64,000 nucleotides of DNA, from assembly GCA_963695225.1 (NCBI GenBank), contig OY968762.1:256001-320000 (forward strand), given 5' to 3'. The notes under the pieces were generated by a model that saw only the letters and a program-made list of their open reading frames with translations, searched no databases and was not told the origin of the DNA. This stretch comes from Vulcanimicrobiota bacterium (GTDB taxonomy: Bacteria > Vulcanimicrobiota > Vulcanimicrobiia > Vulcanimicrobiales > Vulcanimicrobiaceae). Shown in pieces: positions 29,328 to 39,373 of the stretch. The translations under genes were made by a program, and so were the position numbers. Every line of letters begins with the position of its first letter. Position 1 is the stretch's first letter.

Positions 29328-31009
29328 CCACATCGACGGGTGCGCGCACGATCCGCGCCGCGCGCGGAACGCAACTCAGCGCGCTGAGTTGGCAGACCGA
29401 AGCGCCGCTGCGCATGCTGATGAACAACCTCGATCCGGAAGTCGCCGAGCGCCCGGAGGACCTCGTCGTGTATGGCGGCATCGGCCGCGCCGCGCGCGAT
29501 TGGGCCTGCTACGATACGATCGTCGCGACGCTGCGCCGCTTACGCGAAGATCAAACGCTCCTCGTCCAATCCGGCAAACCCGTCGGCGTCTTCACGACGC
29601 ACGCCGACGCGCCGCGCGTCCTCATCGCGAATTCGAACCTCGTGCCGCATTGGGCCACGTGGGAGCACTTCCACGAACTCGACCGCAAAGGCCTGATGAT
29701 GTACGGCCAGATGACGGCCGGATCGTGGATCTACATCGGCTCGCAAGGCATCGTGCAGGGAACGTACGAGACGTTTGCCGAGATCGGCCGCCGCCATTTC
29801 GGCGGCGATCTCACCGGGAAATGGATCCTGACGGCAGGCCTCGGCGGAATGGGCGGCGCGCAGCCGCTCGCCGCAACGATGGCCGGCGCCTCGATGCTCG
29901 CAGTCGAATGCGACCCCACCCGCATCGAGCGCCGCCTCGCAACCCGCTACCTCGACCGCCGCGCCGATACGCTCGACGAAGCCCTCGCGCTCGTGCAGGA
30001 CGCATGCGCGCGCGGCGAAGCGCTCTCCGTCGGACTGCTCGGCAACGCCGCGGAAGTCTTCCCGGAACTCGCCCGTCGAACCATCGGCCCCGAGAGCCGC
30101 CCCGGCATCCGCCCAGACGTCGTCACCGATCAAACGAGCGCGCACGATCCGCGCAACGGCTACCTCCCCGCGGGCTGGACGCTGGAACGCACCGCCGAAA
30201 TGCGCAAGAGCGATCCCGCCGCAGTCGAACGCGCGGCGAAAGCCTCGATGGCCGAGCACGTGCGCGCGATGCTCGCGTTCCACGCCGCGGGCATCCCGAC
30301 CGTCGACTACGGAAACAACCTGCGCCAGATGGCGTTCGACGAAGGCGTGCACGACGCGTTCGATTTCCCCGGCTTCGTGCCCGCGTACATCCGGCCGCTG
30401 TTCTGCCGCGGCATCGGCCCGTTCCGCTGGGTCGCGCTCTCCGGCGACCCCGACGACATCTACCGCACCGACGAGAAGATCAAAGAACTCTTCCCCGAGG
30501 ATCGCCTCCTGCACCGCTGGCTCGATCTCGCGCGCACGCGCATCGAGTTCCAGGGTCTCCCCGCGCGCATCTGTTGGCTCGGCCTCGGCGCGCGCGCCCG
30601 CGCGGGCCTCGCGTTCAACGAAATGGTCGCACGCGGCGAGTTGCGCGCCCCGATCGTCATCGGTCGCGACCACCTCGATTCCGGTTCCGTCGCAAGCCCC
30701 AATCGCGAAACCGAAGCCATGCTCGACGGCTCCGACGCCGTCTCCGATTGGCCCTTGCTCAACGCGCTCCTCAATTGCGCGAGCGGCGCGACGTGGGTCA
30801 GCCTGCATCACGGCGGCGGCGTCGGCATGGGCTATTCGCAGCACGCCGGCATGGTCGTCGTCGCCGACGGAACGATCGCCGCGCAAACGCGTCTCGCCCG
30901 CGTCCTCGAAAACGACCCCGCCACCGGAGTGATGCGCCACGCCGACGCCGGCTACGACCTAGCCCGCCAATGCGCCCGCGTCCACCATCTGGACCTCCCC
31001 ATGCCCTGA
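29324..31009 (+). CDS. hutU: Urocanate hydratase
   Basis: [37 protein letters not shown]. Confidence 0.97.
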   Translation: MTTSTGARTIRAARGTQLSALSWQTEAPLRMLMNNLDPEVAERPEDLVVYGGIGRAARDWACYDTIVATLRRLREDQTLLVQSGKPVGVFTTHADAPRVLIANSNLVPHWATWEHFHELDRKGLMMYGQMTAGSWIYIGSQGIVQGTYETFAEIGRRHFGGDLTGKWILTAGLGGMGGAQPLAATMAGASMLAVECDPTRIERRLATRYLDRRADTLDEALALVQDACARGEALSVGLLGNAAEVFPELARRTIGPESRPGIRPDVVTDQTSAHDPRNGYLPAGWTLERTAEMRKSDPAAVERAAKASMAEHVRAMLAFHAAGIPTVDYGNNLRQMAFDEGVHDAFDFPGFVPAYIRPLFCRGIGPFRWVALSGDPDDIYRTDEKIKELFPEDRLLHRWLDLARTRIEFQGLPARICWLGLGARARAGLAFNEMVARGELRAPIVIGRDHLDSGSVASPNRETEAMLDGSDAVSDWPLLNALLNCASGATWVSLHHGGGVGMGYSQHAGMVVVADGTIAAQTRLARVLENDPATGVMRHADAGYDLARQCARVHHLDLPMP

Positions 31010-31092
31010 GCTCGCGCCGAAGCAACCGGCGGCCCGGGCATGGATTGGATGGGCAGCGCGCAACCGCTTGCAATCTTCCGGGCAGCGATTAT

Positions 31093-31111
31093 AGTAGATA
31101 ATATAACTACA
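31093..31111. promoter_or_regulatory. AT-rich imperfect palindrome, putative TA promoter/operator
   Basis: GTAGATAATATAACTAC (GTAG..CTAC) in an AT-rich patch just upstream of the antitoxin. Confidence 0.45.
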
Positions 31112-31124
31112 TTTGGAGCATTCC

Positions 31125-31370
31125 ATGGAAGAAGCCGTGTCGGCGGCAGATGCCAACCGCAGGTTTTCCCTCCTTCTGCGTGGGGTTCGGGAGGGGAACA
31201 GCTACGTCGTGACCAGTCACGGAAAGCCCGTTGCGCGGATCATCCCCGCCGGCAAACGTGACGAGGTCGCCGCCGGCGCGCGCTCGACGCTCCTGTCTCG
31301 CCTCGAAAAGCAGCCCATCATCGATGCCGGACGCTGGACGCGCGATGAACTCTATGAGGGCGATCGGTGA
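31125..31370 (+). CDS. Phd/YefM family antitoxin
   Basis: VSAADANRRFSLLL..V..G..VVTSHGKPVARIIP; GGAG SD before ATG 31125. Confidence 0.9.
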   Translation: MEEAVSAADANRRFSLLLRGVREGNSYVVTSHGKPVARIIPAGKRDEVAAGARSTLLSRLEKQPIIDAGRWTRDELYEGDR

Positions 31371-31828
31371 GGATTGCGCTCGATACGAACGTGCTCGCCT
31401 ACGCGGAAGGCATCAATGGTGCGGCGCGGCGCGGCGCTGCTCTATCCCTCATTCGCCGGCTGCCGCAAGAGGCTGCCGTCGTCCCGGTGCAGGTTTTGGG
31501 CGAGCTTTTCAACGTGCTCGTCCGCAAAGCCGGAAGGTCACGGAGCGAGGCCCGCGACGTCTTGTTGAGTTGGCGCGATGCGTTCACCGTCGTCGAAACG
31601 TCACCGGAAGTCATGTTGGCGGCAGCCGACCTCGCGACGGACCACCAGCTGGGCTTATGGGATGCCGTCATCCTGTCGGCCGCCTCGCAAGCGGGTTGCC
31701 GGCTGCTCTTGTCCGAGGCCCTTCAGGAAGGCTTCACCTGGGCCGGCGTGACGGTGGTCAATCTGTTTCCCGATCCAAAGCACCCTCTGCTGCAGGCGCT
31801 CCTGAGCCCCCCGCCCCACGCCGGCTAA
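31367..31828 (+). CDS. PIN-domain (VapC-like) toxin
   Basis: LDTNVL, QVLGE, WDAVI..A..AGC..LLSE; GTGA overlap with the antitoxin. Confidence 0.9.
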   Translation: MRIALDTNVLAYAEGINGAARRGAALSLIRRLPQEAAVVPVQVLGELFNVLVRKAGRSRSEARDVLLSWRDAFTVVETSPEVMLAAADLATDHQLGLWDAVILSAASQAGCRLLLSEALQEGFTWAGVTVVNLFPDPKHPLLQALLSPPPHAG

Positions 31829-33066
31829 CGCTGATCCGAGCGAATCGCCGCGCCGTCTTTATAGACGAGCCCGCGGGGCCGCGCGCCGATCGGGTGCACC
31901 AGCTCCGCCGGGTCCTCGACTTCCCACACCACGAAATCCGCGCGCTTCCCCACGGCGAGCGTCCCGATCTCCGCTCCCAGCCCGAGCGCGCGCGCGGCGT
32001 TGCGCGTCACGCCGGCGAGCCCTTCCTCCGGCGTCAGCCGGAACAGCGTGCAGGCGAAGTTGACGGCCAGCAAGAGCGAGCCCAGCGGCGAGGTCCCCGG
32101 GTTCTCGTCCGTCCCAATCGCAATCGGCACGCCCGCGGCGCGCAATTCCGCAATCGGCGGCAAGCGCGTCTCGCGCAGCGCATAGAACGCGCCCGGCAAC
32201 ACCACCGCAACCGTCCCTGCCGCACGGAGCACCGCCGCCTCCTCGGGCGGCGTGTATTCCAGATGGTCTGCCGAAAGCGCCCCGAACCGCGCCGCAAGTC
32301 TCGCTCCCCCGCCGTCGGTGAACTGATCTGCATGCAGCTTCACGGGCAGCCCCAGCTTCTGCGCCGCCCCGAAAAACCGCGCGATCTGCTCCGGATCGAA
32401 CGCGATCGATTCGCAATACGCATCCACCGCATCGGCGAGCCGTTCGCGCGCGATCCCCGGCAGCACCTCATCGCACACGAACCCGACGTAGTCGTCGGCC
32501 CTCCCCGCAAACTCCGGCGGCACCGCATGCAACCCGAGGTACGTCGTGCGGACGCGCACCGGAAAGCGCCTGCCCAACTCCCGCGCCACGGCCAGCATCC
32601 GCCGCTCCGTTTGGGCATCGAGCCCGTACCCGGATTTGATCTCGATCGTGGTCACGCCCTCGGCGAGGCGGTCGATCAGCCGCCGGCTCGCCGTCGATAG
32701 TAGCGCGTCGAAGGGCGCGTCGCGCGTCGCACGAACGGTCGAAAGGATTCCGCCGCCGGCTTGCGCGATTTCGGAGTAGGTAGCGCCTTCCAAGAGCGCT
32801 TCGAACTCCCCGGCGCGATGCCCGGCATACACGAGGTGGGTGTGAGGATCGACGAGACCCGGCGTCAGGCAGCGCCCGCGAGCATCGCGGACGACGGCGC
32901 CGTTCCGCATCGCCGGCGGCAGCTCGTTGGTCGGCCCGATCCAGGCGATGCGCCCGCCGCGCACGCCGAGCGTGCCGTCCTCGATCAGCCCGTACTTTTC
33001 GCCGGCTTCCATCGTAGCCAGCCGTGCGTGCGTCCAAATGAGCTCGCACGGTTCGAACTCACGCAT
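31825..33066 (-). CDS. hutI: Imidazolonepropionase
   Basis: PGLVDPHTHLV, EIKSGYGL, LHADQ, SADHLE, GTDENPGTSP; start taken at ATG 33066. Confidence 0.95.
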   Translation of the reverse strand: MREFEPCELIWTHARLATMEAGEKYGLIEDGTLGVRGGRIAWIGPTNELPPAMRNGAVVRDARGRCLTPGLVDPHTHLVYAGHRAGEFEALLEGATYSEIAQAGGGILSTVRATRDAPFDALLSTASRRLIDRLAEGVTTIEIKSGYGLDAQTERRMLAVARELGRRFPVRVRTTYLGLHAVPPEFAGRADDYVGFVCDEVLPGIARERLADAVDAYCESIAFDPEQIARFFGAAQKLGLPVKLHADQFTDGGGARLAARFGALSADHLEYTPPEEAAVLRAAGTVAVVLPGAFYALRETRLPPIAELRAAGVPIAIGTDENPGTSPLGSLLLAVNFACTLFRLTPEEGLAGVTRNAARALGLGAEIGTLAVGKRADFVVWEVEDPAELVHPIGARPRGLVYKDGAAIRSDQR

Positions 33067-33080
33067 CGGCGGGCCGCTCG

Positions 33081-34460
33081 ATGATGAAGCTCTTCGCGGA
33101 AGACGTCCTGCTTCCAAACGGCTGGGCGAAGGACGTGCTGCTTGAAATCGACGAGCGGGGGAATCTCGCGAGCATTCGGCCGGGTTCGCCGCCGTCCGCC
33201 GGGACGCATGTTCGCGGGCCGGTCCTCCCGGGAATGCCGAACACGCACTCGCATGCTTTCCAGCGCGCCCTTGCCGGGCGGATCGAGCGAGCCGGGGGAA
33301 AGGGCCGCGATTCGTTTTGGTCGTGGCGCGAGACGATGTACGAGCTCGTCGAGGCGCTCGGTCCGGACGACCTGGAAGCGCTCGCGACGTCCGCGTATTG
33401 CGAGATGCTGCGCGGCGGCTACACGGCCGTCGGCGAATTCCACTACCTGCATCACGAGCCGGACGGCACGCCCTACGCGCGGCGCGGCGAAACGAGCCTC
33501 CGCCTTCTCGCCGCAGCCGAAACGGCTGGGATCGGGTGCACGCTCCTCCCCGTCTTGTACGGGTCGAGCGGCTTCGGCGGGACGCCCCCCGCCGATCGCC
33601 AGCTGCGTTTCGTGAACGGCCTCGAGGGCTACCTCGAGATCTGGGACGAGGCCGCGCAAGCGGTCTCAGGGAACGCCGACCGGCGCCTCGGCGCCGCGCC
33701 GCACTCGTTGCGCGCGGTCCTGCCGGAACAGCTCCAGACGCTCGTCGCGACGATCGACGAACGCGATCCTCGGGCGCCGCTGCACATCCACATCAGCGAG
33801 CAGCGCGCAGAAGTGGAAGCGTGCCGGCGCTGGAGCGGCCAAACGCCCGTGCAATGGCTCGCCGGGCACGTGGCGCTCTCCGAGCGCTGGACGCTCGTCC
33901 ACGCGACGCACGCGACGGCCCCCGAGCGTTCGTCGATCGCCTTGGCGGGCGCGAACGTCGCGCTCTGCCCCACGACGGAGGCGAATCTCGGCGACGGCAT
34001 CTTCCCGGCCGAATCGTTCGTGCGCGACGGCGGGCGGTACGCGATCGGCTCCGACGGCCACGTCGTGCTGAGTGCGGCGGAAGAATTGCGCTGGCTCGAG
34101 TATTTGCAGCGCCTCACGCTCGAACGGCGCTGCGTCCTCACGGAACCCGGCGGCTCGACGGCGCAGAGCCTTTACGCCGAGGCCGCGCGGTCCGGCGGGA
34201 TCGCGCTCGGCCGGCCGATCGGAGAACTCGTCCAAGGTTATCGCGCGGACCTCGTCGTGCTCGATGCGGCCCATCCGCTCCTGGAAGGTCGCTCGCCCGC
34301 GACGATGCTGGATTCCTACGTCTTCGCCGCGGGCTCCGCCGCCGTCTCGGACGTGATGGTCGGCGGCCGTTGGGTCGTCGAAGAGGGCGCGCACCGCGGC
34401 GAGGCCGAGATTTCGGCCCGCGCGCTACGGACCGCGAGGCGCGTTTTTCGCGAGCGGTGA
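33081..34460 (+). CDS. hutF: Formimidoylglutamate deiminase
   Basis: HSHAFQRALAG, SFWSWRE.MY, EFHYLHH, APHSLRAV, CPTTEANLGDG. Confidence 0.95.
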   Translation: MMKLFAEDVLLPNGWAKDVLLEIDERGNLASIRPGSPPSAGTHVRGPVLPGMPNTHSHAFQRALAGRIERAGGKGRDSFWSWRETMYELVEALGPDDLEALATSAYCEMLRGGYTAVGEFHYLHHEPDGTPYARRGETSLRLLAAAETAGIGCTLLPVLYGSSGFGGTPPADRQLRFVNGLEGYLEIWDEAAQAVSGNADRRLGAAPHSLRAVLPEQLQTLVATIDERDPRAPLHIHISEQRAEVEACRRWSGQTPVQWLAGHVALSERWTLVHATHATAPERSSIALAGANVALCPTTEANLGDGIFPAESFVRDGGRYAIGSDGHVVLSAAEELRWLEYLQRLTLERRCVLTEPGGSTAQSLYAEAARSGGIALGRPIGELVQGYRADLVVLDAAHPLLEGRSPATMLDSYVFAAGSAAVSDVMVGGRWVVEEGAHRGEAEISARALRTARRVFRER

Positions 34461-34505
34461 GCCGCGCAGAGGCCCCCGTCACCATTCATCCGTAGTACGT
34501 CATCG

Positions 34506-35246
34506 ATGGAAGAACAACGAACGCGCGAACCCGCACGCGCGTATATTCTCGGCGGCAACGGCAGCACGCTCGCGTTCGTGCACGATCTCGTCCCCGATCA
34601 GAAGCAGATCGCAGCGTGGCTCGTCCCGCTCGCGTGGACGCCGGTCGGCGTCGTCCTCGGCGAACCGTGGCAGCGCGTGGGAATCGCCGCCGACAACGTC
34701 GCCGGCTGGGCGGATCAAACGTTTTCCCCCGACGATCCGCGTTCGTTCGTGAGCCCCATGCGCGATCTGGAATTGTTGCAGCGCGTCGGTTGGCGCGTCG
34801 AGCGCCCGACCCGCTTGAGCGAATCCGTCGTGTTGAACCCCGAGGATCTGCCGGAAGACATCCTCGACGGCCTCGACCATCCGGCGGCGACGCTGACGCA
34901 ATGCGCGATCTGCCGCCGCACGTGCGTGCGCGATCACTTCGTGTGGAACGATCGCCAGCTCTGCGCGTGGGATTATCATTCGTCGGTCTTCGGCCGGCGC
35001 GGCCCGTGGCGCGGCGTTCCGTACGAGGAGCGTTTGTTCGAAACGTTGCCGCGCGCGCCGTACGTCGTCGGCGCGTTGCTCGACGAAATCTCCGTCGACG
35101 CGGTCCTCGCGATCTCCGGTTTCCCGGAAGAGGCGCAACGCGAAATCGTCAACCTCGCGATCGAACGCGGGGGCGAGGCATCGTATCTGGCGGTCCGTAC
35201 GGACGACGGCTACACGCTGCTGCGCGAGCGCTCGCCCGCGCGGTGA
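34506..35246 (+). CDS. Hypothetical protein with a putative Cys/His metal site
   Basis: Native-looking codon usage; CAICRRTC..LCAWDYH; stop overlaps the next start (GTGA). Confidence 0.75.
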   Translation: MEEQRTREPARAYILGGNGSTLAFVHDLVPDQKQIAAWLVPLAWTPVGVVLGEPWQRVGIAADNVAGWADQTFSPDDPRSFVSPMRDLELLQRVGWRVERPTRLSESVVLNPEDLPEDILDGLDHPAATLTQCAICRRTCVRDHFVWNDRQLCAWDYHSSVFGRRGPWRGVPYEERLFETLPRAPYVVGALLDEISVDAVLAISGFPEEAQREIVNLAIERGGEASYLAVRTDDGYTLLRERSPAR

Positions 35247-36670
35247 CCGAAGAGCCCGGCCGGTCGGGCATCAACGCCGCGATCGGGCGTTTGTGGATCG
35301 TCTTCGTCGCGTGCTTTTTGGTGCTGATCGGCCGCCAAGTGTGGTTGCAGATCTTCGCCGCCGACCGCATCGCGAGCGACCCGCACAACCCGCGCGCCGC
35401 GTTGCTGACGGAATATCGCGGCTCGATCCTCGCGCGCGACGGCACGCCGCTCGCGTATTCCACGAAGGCCGGGCGCATCTATCCGTACGGCGCGGCGTTC
35501 GCGCATTCGATCGGGTATCTCTCGAGCCGCTACGGTGCGACCGGCCTCGAAGACGCCTTCGATGCGGATCTGAAGGCGCGCCCGTCCCCTTCCGATCCGC
35601 TCGCGCAAGCGCGCGCGCTGTTCGCGGGCGCTCCGCTCCCCGCGAGCGTTCGCGGGGCCGACGTGATCACGACGCTCGATCCCGCGATCCAGCGCACGCT
35701 CTACGACGCCCTCTCCGAACACGCGCGCGGAGCGGGCGTCGTCCTCGATCCGCGCACGGGCGAAATCCTCGCGCTCGCGAGCGTTCCCAGCTTCGACCCC
35801 GGCTCGATCGATCGCGACTTTCCGGCGTTGCGCGTCGATCCGCAGAGCCGCCTGCTCGACCGCAGCATCGACGGGCTCTACCCGCCCGGCTCGACGTTCA
35901 AGATCTTCACGGCCGCAAGCGCGCTAGACGCGGGCGTCGTCGATTCCGAGGAGACCTTCCACGACAAGGGGACGCTGCAGGTCGGCACGTTCGTGGTGCA
36001 CGACAACGAAGGCGAGGCGACCGGCACGCAAACGCTGACGGGCGCGTTCGCGCTCTCGAGCAACGTCGATTTCGCCGAGATCGCGCTGCGCCTCGGCGCG
36101 GACCGCTGGTTCGGCTACGCGCAGCGCTGGAAGCTCGGCGAGCCGCTCGGTTTCGAGCTCCCCGCCGTCCGCGACCGTCTCCCCGATCCGGCGACGGTTT
36201 CCCCGTCGATCCTCGCCCAACTCGGCTTCGGCCAGGCAAACCTGCTCGTGACCCCGCTCCGCATGGCCCTGGTCGCCGCCACGATCGCGAACGAGGGCGC
36301 GACGCCCCGCCCGCTCGTCGTGCGTGCGATCCGGGGGGCGGGCGTGCCGGTGCGCCGTTTCCCGCATGCGATGTTGACCGCTCCGATCTCGGCCTCGACC
36401 GCGGCCTCCGTCCGCGACATGATGATCGCCGTCGTCACCCGCGGAACGGGGACGGCCGCGGCGCTTTCCGGCGCGCAAGTCGCCGGCAAAACGGGGACCG
36501 CGACGAACTCGACGGGAAGACCGCACGCATGGTTTGTGGCCTTCGCGCCCGCGGAGCACCCGCGCGTCGCCGTAGCGATAGTGATAGAGAACGCCGGCTA
36601 CGGCGGAGCCATAGCCGCCCCGATCGCGCGCCGCGTCCTCTCCACAGCCCTAGAGCGAATCCGCACATGA
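35243..36670 (+). CDS. Class B penicillin-binding protein (PbpA-like)
   Basis: N-terminal TM, RGSIL, PGSTFK (SxxK), SSN (SxN), KTGT. Confidence 0.93.
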   Translation: MTEEPGRSGINAAIGRLWIVFVACFLVLIGRQVWLQIFAADRIASDPHNPRAALLTEYRGSILARDGTPLAYSTKAGRIYPYGAAFAHSIGYLSSRYGATGLEDAFDADLKARPSPSDPLAQARALFAGAPLPASVRGADVITTLDPAIQRTLYDALSEHARGAGVVLDPRTGEILALASVPSFDPGSIDRDFPALRVDPQSRLLDRSIDGLYPPGSTFKIFTAASALDAGVVDSEETFHDKGTLQVGTFVVHDNEGEATGTQTLTGAFALSSNVDFAEIALRLGADRWFGYAQRWKLGEPLGFELPAVRDRLPDPATVSPSILAQLGFGQANLLVTPLRMALVAATIANEGATPRPLVVRAIRGAGVPVRRFPHAMLTAPISASTAASVRDMMIAVVTRGTGTAAALSGAQVAGKTGTATNSTGRPHAWFVAFAPAEHPRVAVAIVIENAGYGGAIAAPIARRVLSTALERIRT

Positions 36671-36701
36671 GCAGCCCTATCACCCTGAGCCCGCACCCCG
36701 C

Positions 36702-38807
36702 ATGATCGAGCGCGTCTTCAACGATCGCTACCGCCTCGAAGGCCGCCTCGGCGAAGGCGGCATGGCGACGGTCTTCTCCGGTTTCGACACGCTCCTGCGC
36801 CGCCGCGTCGCCATCAAAGTCTTGCGCGCGCAGTACGCCGCAGACGAAGACTTCGTGCGCCGCTTCTACGATGAAGCGCAACACGCGGCCAAACTCTCGC
36901 ACCCCAACATCGTCAACATCTACGACGTCGGGCACGAAGGCGACACCTACTTCATCGTCATGGAACTCGTCGACGGTGAAACGCTCGCCGAGATGCTGCA
37001 CGGCGGGCGCCGCCTCCCCGAGCGCGTCGCAATCGATTACGCAACCCAAATCTGCAACGGCCTCGCCTACGCGCACCGCCAGGGCCTGCTGCACCGCGAC
37101 ATCAAGCCCGCGAACATCCTCGTCACGAAAGACGACATCGTCAAACTCTCCGATTTCGGCATCGCGCGCGCGGTCTCGACGCAGACCGTCACGATCGCCG
37201 AACCCGGCGTCGTGATGGGCAGCGTGTTCTACCTTTCGCCCGAACAGGCGCAAGGCCGCGAACTGCACGAGCAATCCGATCTCTACAGCCTCGGCATCGT
37301 GCTTTTCCAAATGCTGAGCGGCCGCTTGCCGTACACCGGCGAATCGCCGATCGCAATCGCGCTCAAGCACGTCGCCGATCCGATCCCCCCGCTCGACGGC
37401 GAAGGCGAATCGATCTCGCCCGCCACGTCCGCGATCGTGCACCGCCTGCTCCTCAAGGACCCGGCCGCCCGCTTTTCCTCGGCGAGCGAAGTCGCGGGCG
37501 CGCTGCGCGCGGCCCGGGAGGAACCCGCCGAGGGGCGATTCGCCGCGACGAACGGGCAGAAGGACGCCGCCCGCGCGGCGCGCGCCGCGAACATCCCGCC
37601 GCGCCGCTCGAGCTTCCCGGATCGCAGCGCCGCCGCCGCCTCGGCTCGCGCCGCCCGCGGCATCGCCGCCGACGTCCCCGGCCGCTCGAAGACGCGGTCG
37701 CAGAACGGCCAACGCCCGACGATCCTCCTGCTGCTCGCGGTCTTGCTGGTCGTCGCCTCGTTCGTCGGCTACTTCATGTTCTCCAAGCCCGGCGGGCTCT
37801 TCGGCGCCCCCGTCGAGGTCGCGGATTACGCCGGGCAGACGCTCGACGACGCGCGGCCCGCGATCGAAGCTGCGGGCCTGAAATTCCGCGTGACGCAGGA
37901 GCCGAACGAAACGGTCCAGATCGGCCGCATCATCCGCCAAGCGCCGCCGCCGAAGACGAGCGTCGAGCCGGGGACGACGGTCGAATTGTACGTGAGTTCA
38001 GGTCTGCCGACCGTCGATCTCGTCGACGTGCGCAACTATACGGCCGACGACGCGCAGCGCCTGTTGCGCGGGGCGAAGCTCGTGCCGAAGCTCGTCGAGA
38101 AGTTCGACAAGTCGCCGAAGGGCACGGTCCTCGCGCAGGATCCGCTCCCCGGCGCGAAGCTCGCGCAGCGCAGCATCGTCACGCTGACGGTTTCCAAGGG
38201 CCTCGCGCCCGTCTGGGTGCCGGACGTCGTGAGCATGACCGTCCCCGACGCGACCGCAGCCTTGCAGGCGCGCGGCCTCAAGCTGGAAATCGGCGAGCGA
38301 GCCGCGCTCGACGGCGTCCCGGAGAACGTGGTCGCCTCACAGGATCCCAAAGCGGGTGCGAGCATCGACGCGGGCGCAACGGTCACGGTCGTCGTCAGCG
38401 GCGGCCCGGGGAACGTCACCGTCCCCGAAGTCGGCGGTCAGAGCGTCGCCGAAGCGGTCGCGGCTTTACAGAACGCCGGGCTGCAAGCGACGTTCGTCTA
38501 CATCGTGCAGGTGGGGACGCCGAGCGGCACCGTCCTCGACGAATTCCCCGCAGGCGGCTCGCAAAAACAGCGCGGCTCGCAAGTCCGCCTCTCGATCGCC
38601 GTCCCCGGCACCGTCCCCGACGTCTCCGGCATGACGCTCGATGGGGCGCGGACGGCATTGCAGAACGCCGGCTACCGCGTCGGCAACGTCGCCATCACGG
38701 ACCAAGGCGACGCAGGGAAGGTCGTGCGCACAGAACCCGAAGCGAACGCCCCGCTCCATCCCGACGAAGCCGTAACGATCTACTACAACGCCCCGGCCGC
38801 CCAATGA
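36702..38807 (+). CDS. pknB: Stk1/PknB family Ser/Thr kinase with about 5 PASTA domains
   Basis: GEGGMA, HRDIKPAN, DFG, YLSPEQ, TM helix, five VPDV-type PASTA repeats. Confidence 0.94.
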   Translation: MIERVFNDRYRLEGRLGEGGMATVFSGFDTLLRRRVAIKVLRAQYAADEDFVRRFYDEAQHAAKLSHPNIVNIYDVGHEGDTYFIVMELVDGETLAEMLHGGRRLPERVAIDYATQICNGLAYAHRQGLLHRDIKPANILVTKDDIVKLSDFGIARAVSTQTVTIAEPGVVMGSVFYLSPEQAQGRELHEQSDLYSLGIVLFQMLSGRLPYTGESPIAIALKHVADPIPPLDGEGESISPATSAIVHRLLLKDPAARFSSASEVAGALRAAREEPAEGRFAATNGQKDAARAARAANIPPRRSSFPDRSAAAASARAARGIAADVPGRSKTRSQNGQRPTILLLLAVLLVVASFVGYFMFSKPGGLFGAPVEVADYAGQTLDDARPAIEAAGLKFRVTQEPNETVQIGRIIRQAPPPKTSVEPGTTVELYVSSGLPTVDLVDVRNYTADDAQRLLRGAKLVPKLVEKFDKSPKGTVLAQDPLPGAKLAQRSIVTLTVSKGLAPVWVPDVVSMTVPDATAALQARGLKLEIGERAALDGVPENVVASQDPKAGASIDAGATVTVVVSGGPGNVTVPEVGGQSVAEAVAALQNAGLQATFVYIVQVGTPSGTVLDEFPAGGSQKQRGSQVRLSIAVPGTVPDVSGMTLDGARTALQNAGYRVGNVAITDQGDAGKVVRTEPEANAPLHPDEAVTIYYNAPAAQ

Positions 38808-39370
38808 AGCGGATCCTCGGCATCGATCCGGGCCTTCGCACCACGGGATACGGCGCGATCGTGCGCAGCGCGGCGGGCCTCGCGCTGATCGAAGCGGGCG
38901 TCATCACGCCGCGCATCGATCAGCCCCTGGAAGCGCGTCTCGGCACGTTGCACGCGGAACTCGCCGCCGTCATCGAAGCCACTCGCCCGGACGCCCTCGT
39001 CATCGAAGAACTCTGGAGCGCCTACAAGAACCCGGCGACCGCCGTCCTCATGGGCCACGCGCGCGGCGTCCTCTGCCTGTGCGCGCACGAACGCGGCGTC
39101 CCGGTGCACCATCTCGGTCACTCGCTGGTCAAGCGCATGCTCGCCGGCTCCGGATCCGCCCGCAAAGACCAAGTCAACCGCATGGTCATGCAGCACTTGC
39201 ATCTTTCGATCGCGCCGCGCCCGAACGACGTCTCCGACGCCTTAGCGCTCGCCATCGCCTACGCCCACATCGAAGAAACCGAACGCCGCTTCGCCGCCGC
39301 CGGCACCTCGCGCGCATTGGGCATGGCCTACTCCGGCGTCACCCTCGGCCCGTCGAAGGGTGAGATGTAA
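38804..39370 (+). CDS. ruvC: Holliday junction resolvase
   Basis: ILGIDPG..TGYG, HARGV, GSARKDQV, DVSDALALAI. Confidence 0.95.
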   Translation: MKRILGIDPGLRTTGYGAIVRSAAGLALIEAGVITPRIDQPLEARLGTLHAELAAVIEATRPDALVIEELWSAYKNPATAVLMGHARGVLCLCAHERGVPVHHLGHSLVKRMLAGSGSARKDQVNRMVMQHLHLSIAPRPNDVSDALALAIAYAHIEETERRFAAAGTSRALGMAYSGVTLGPSKGEM

Positions 39371-39373
39371 GCC

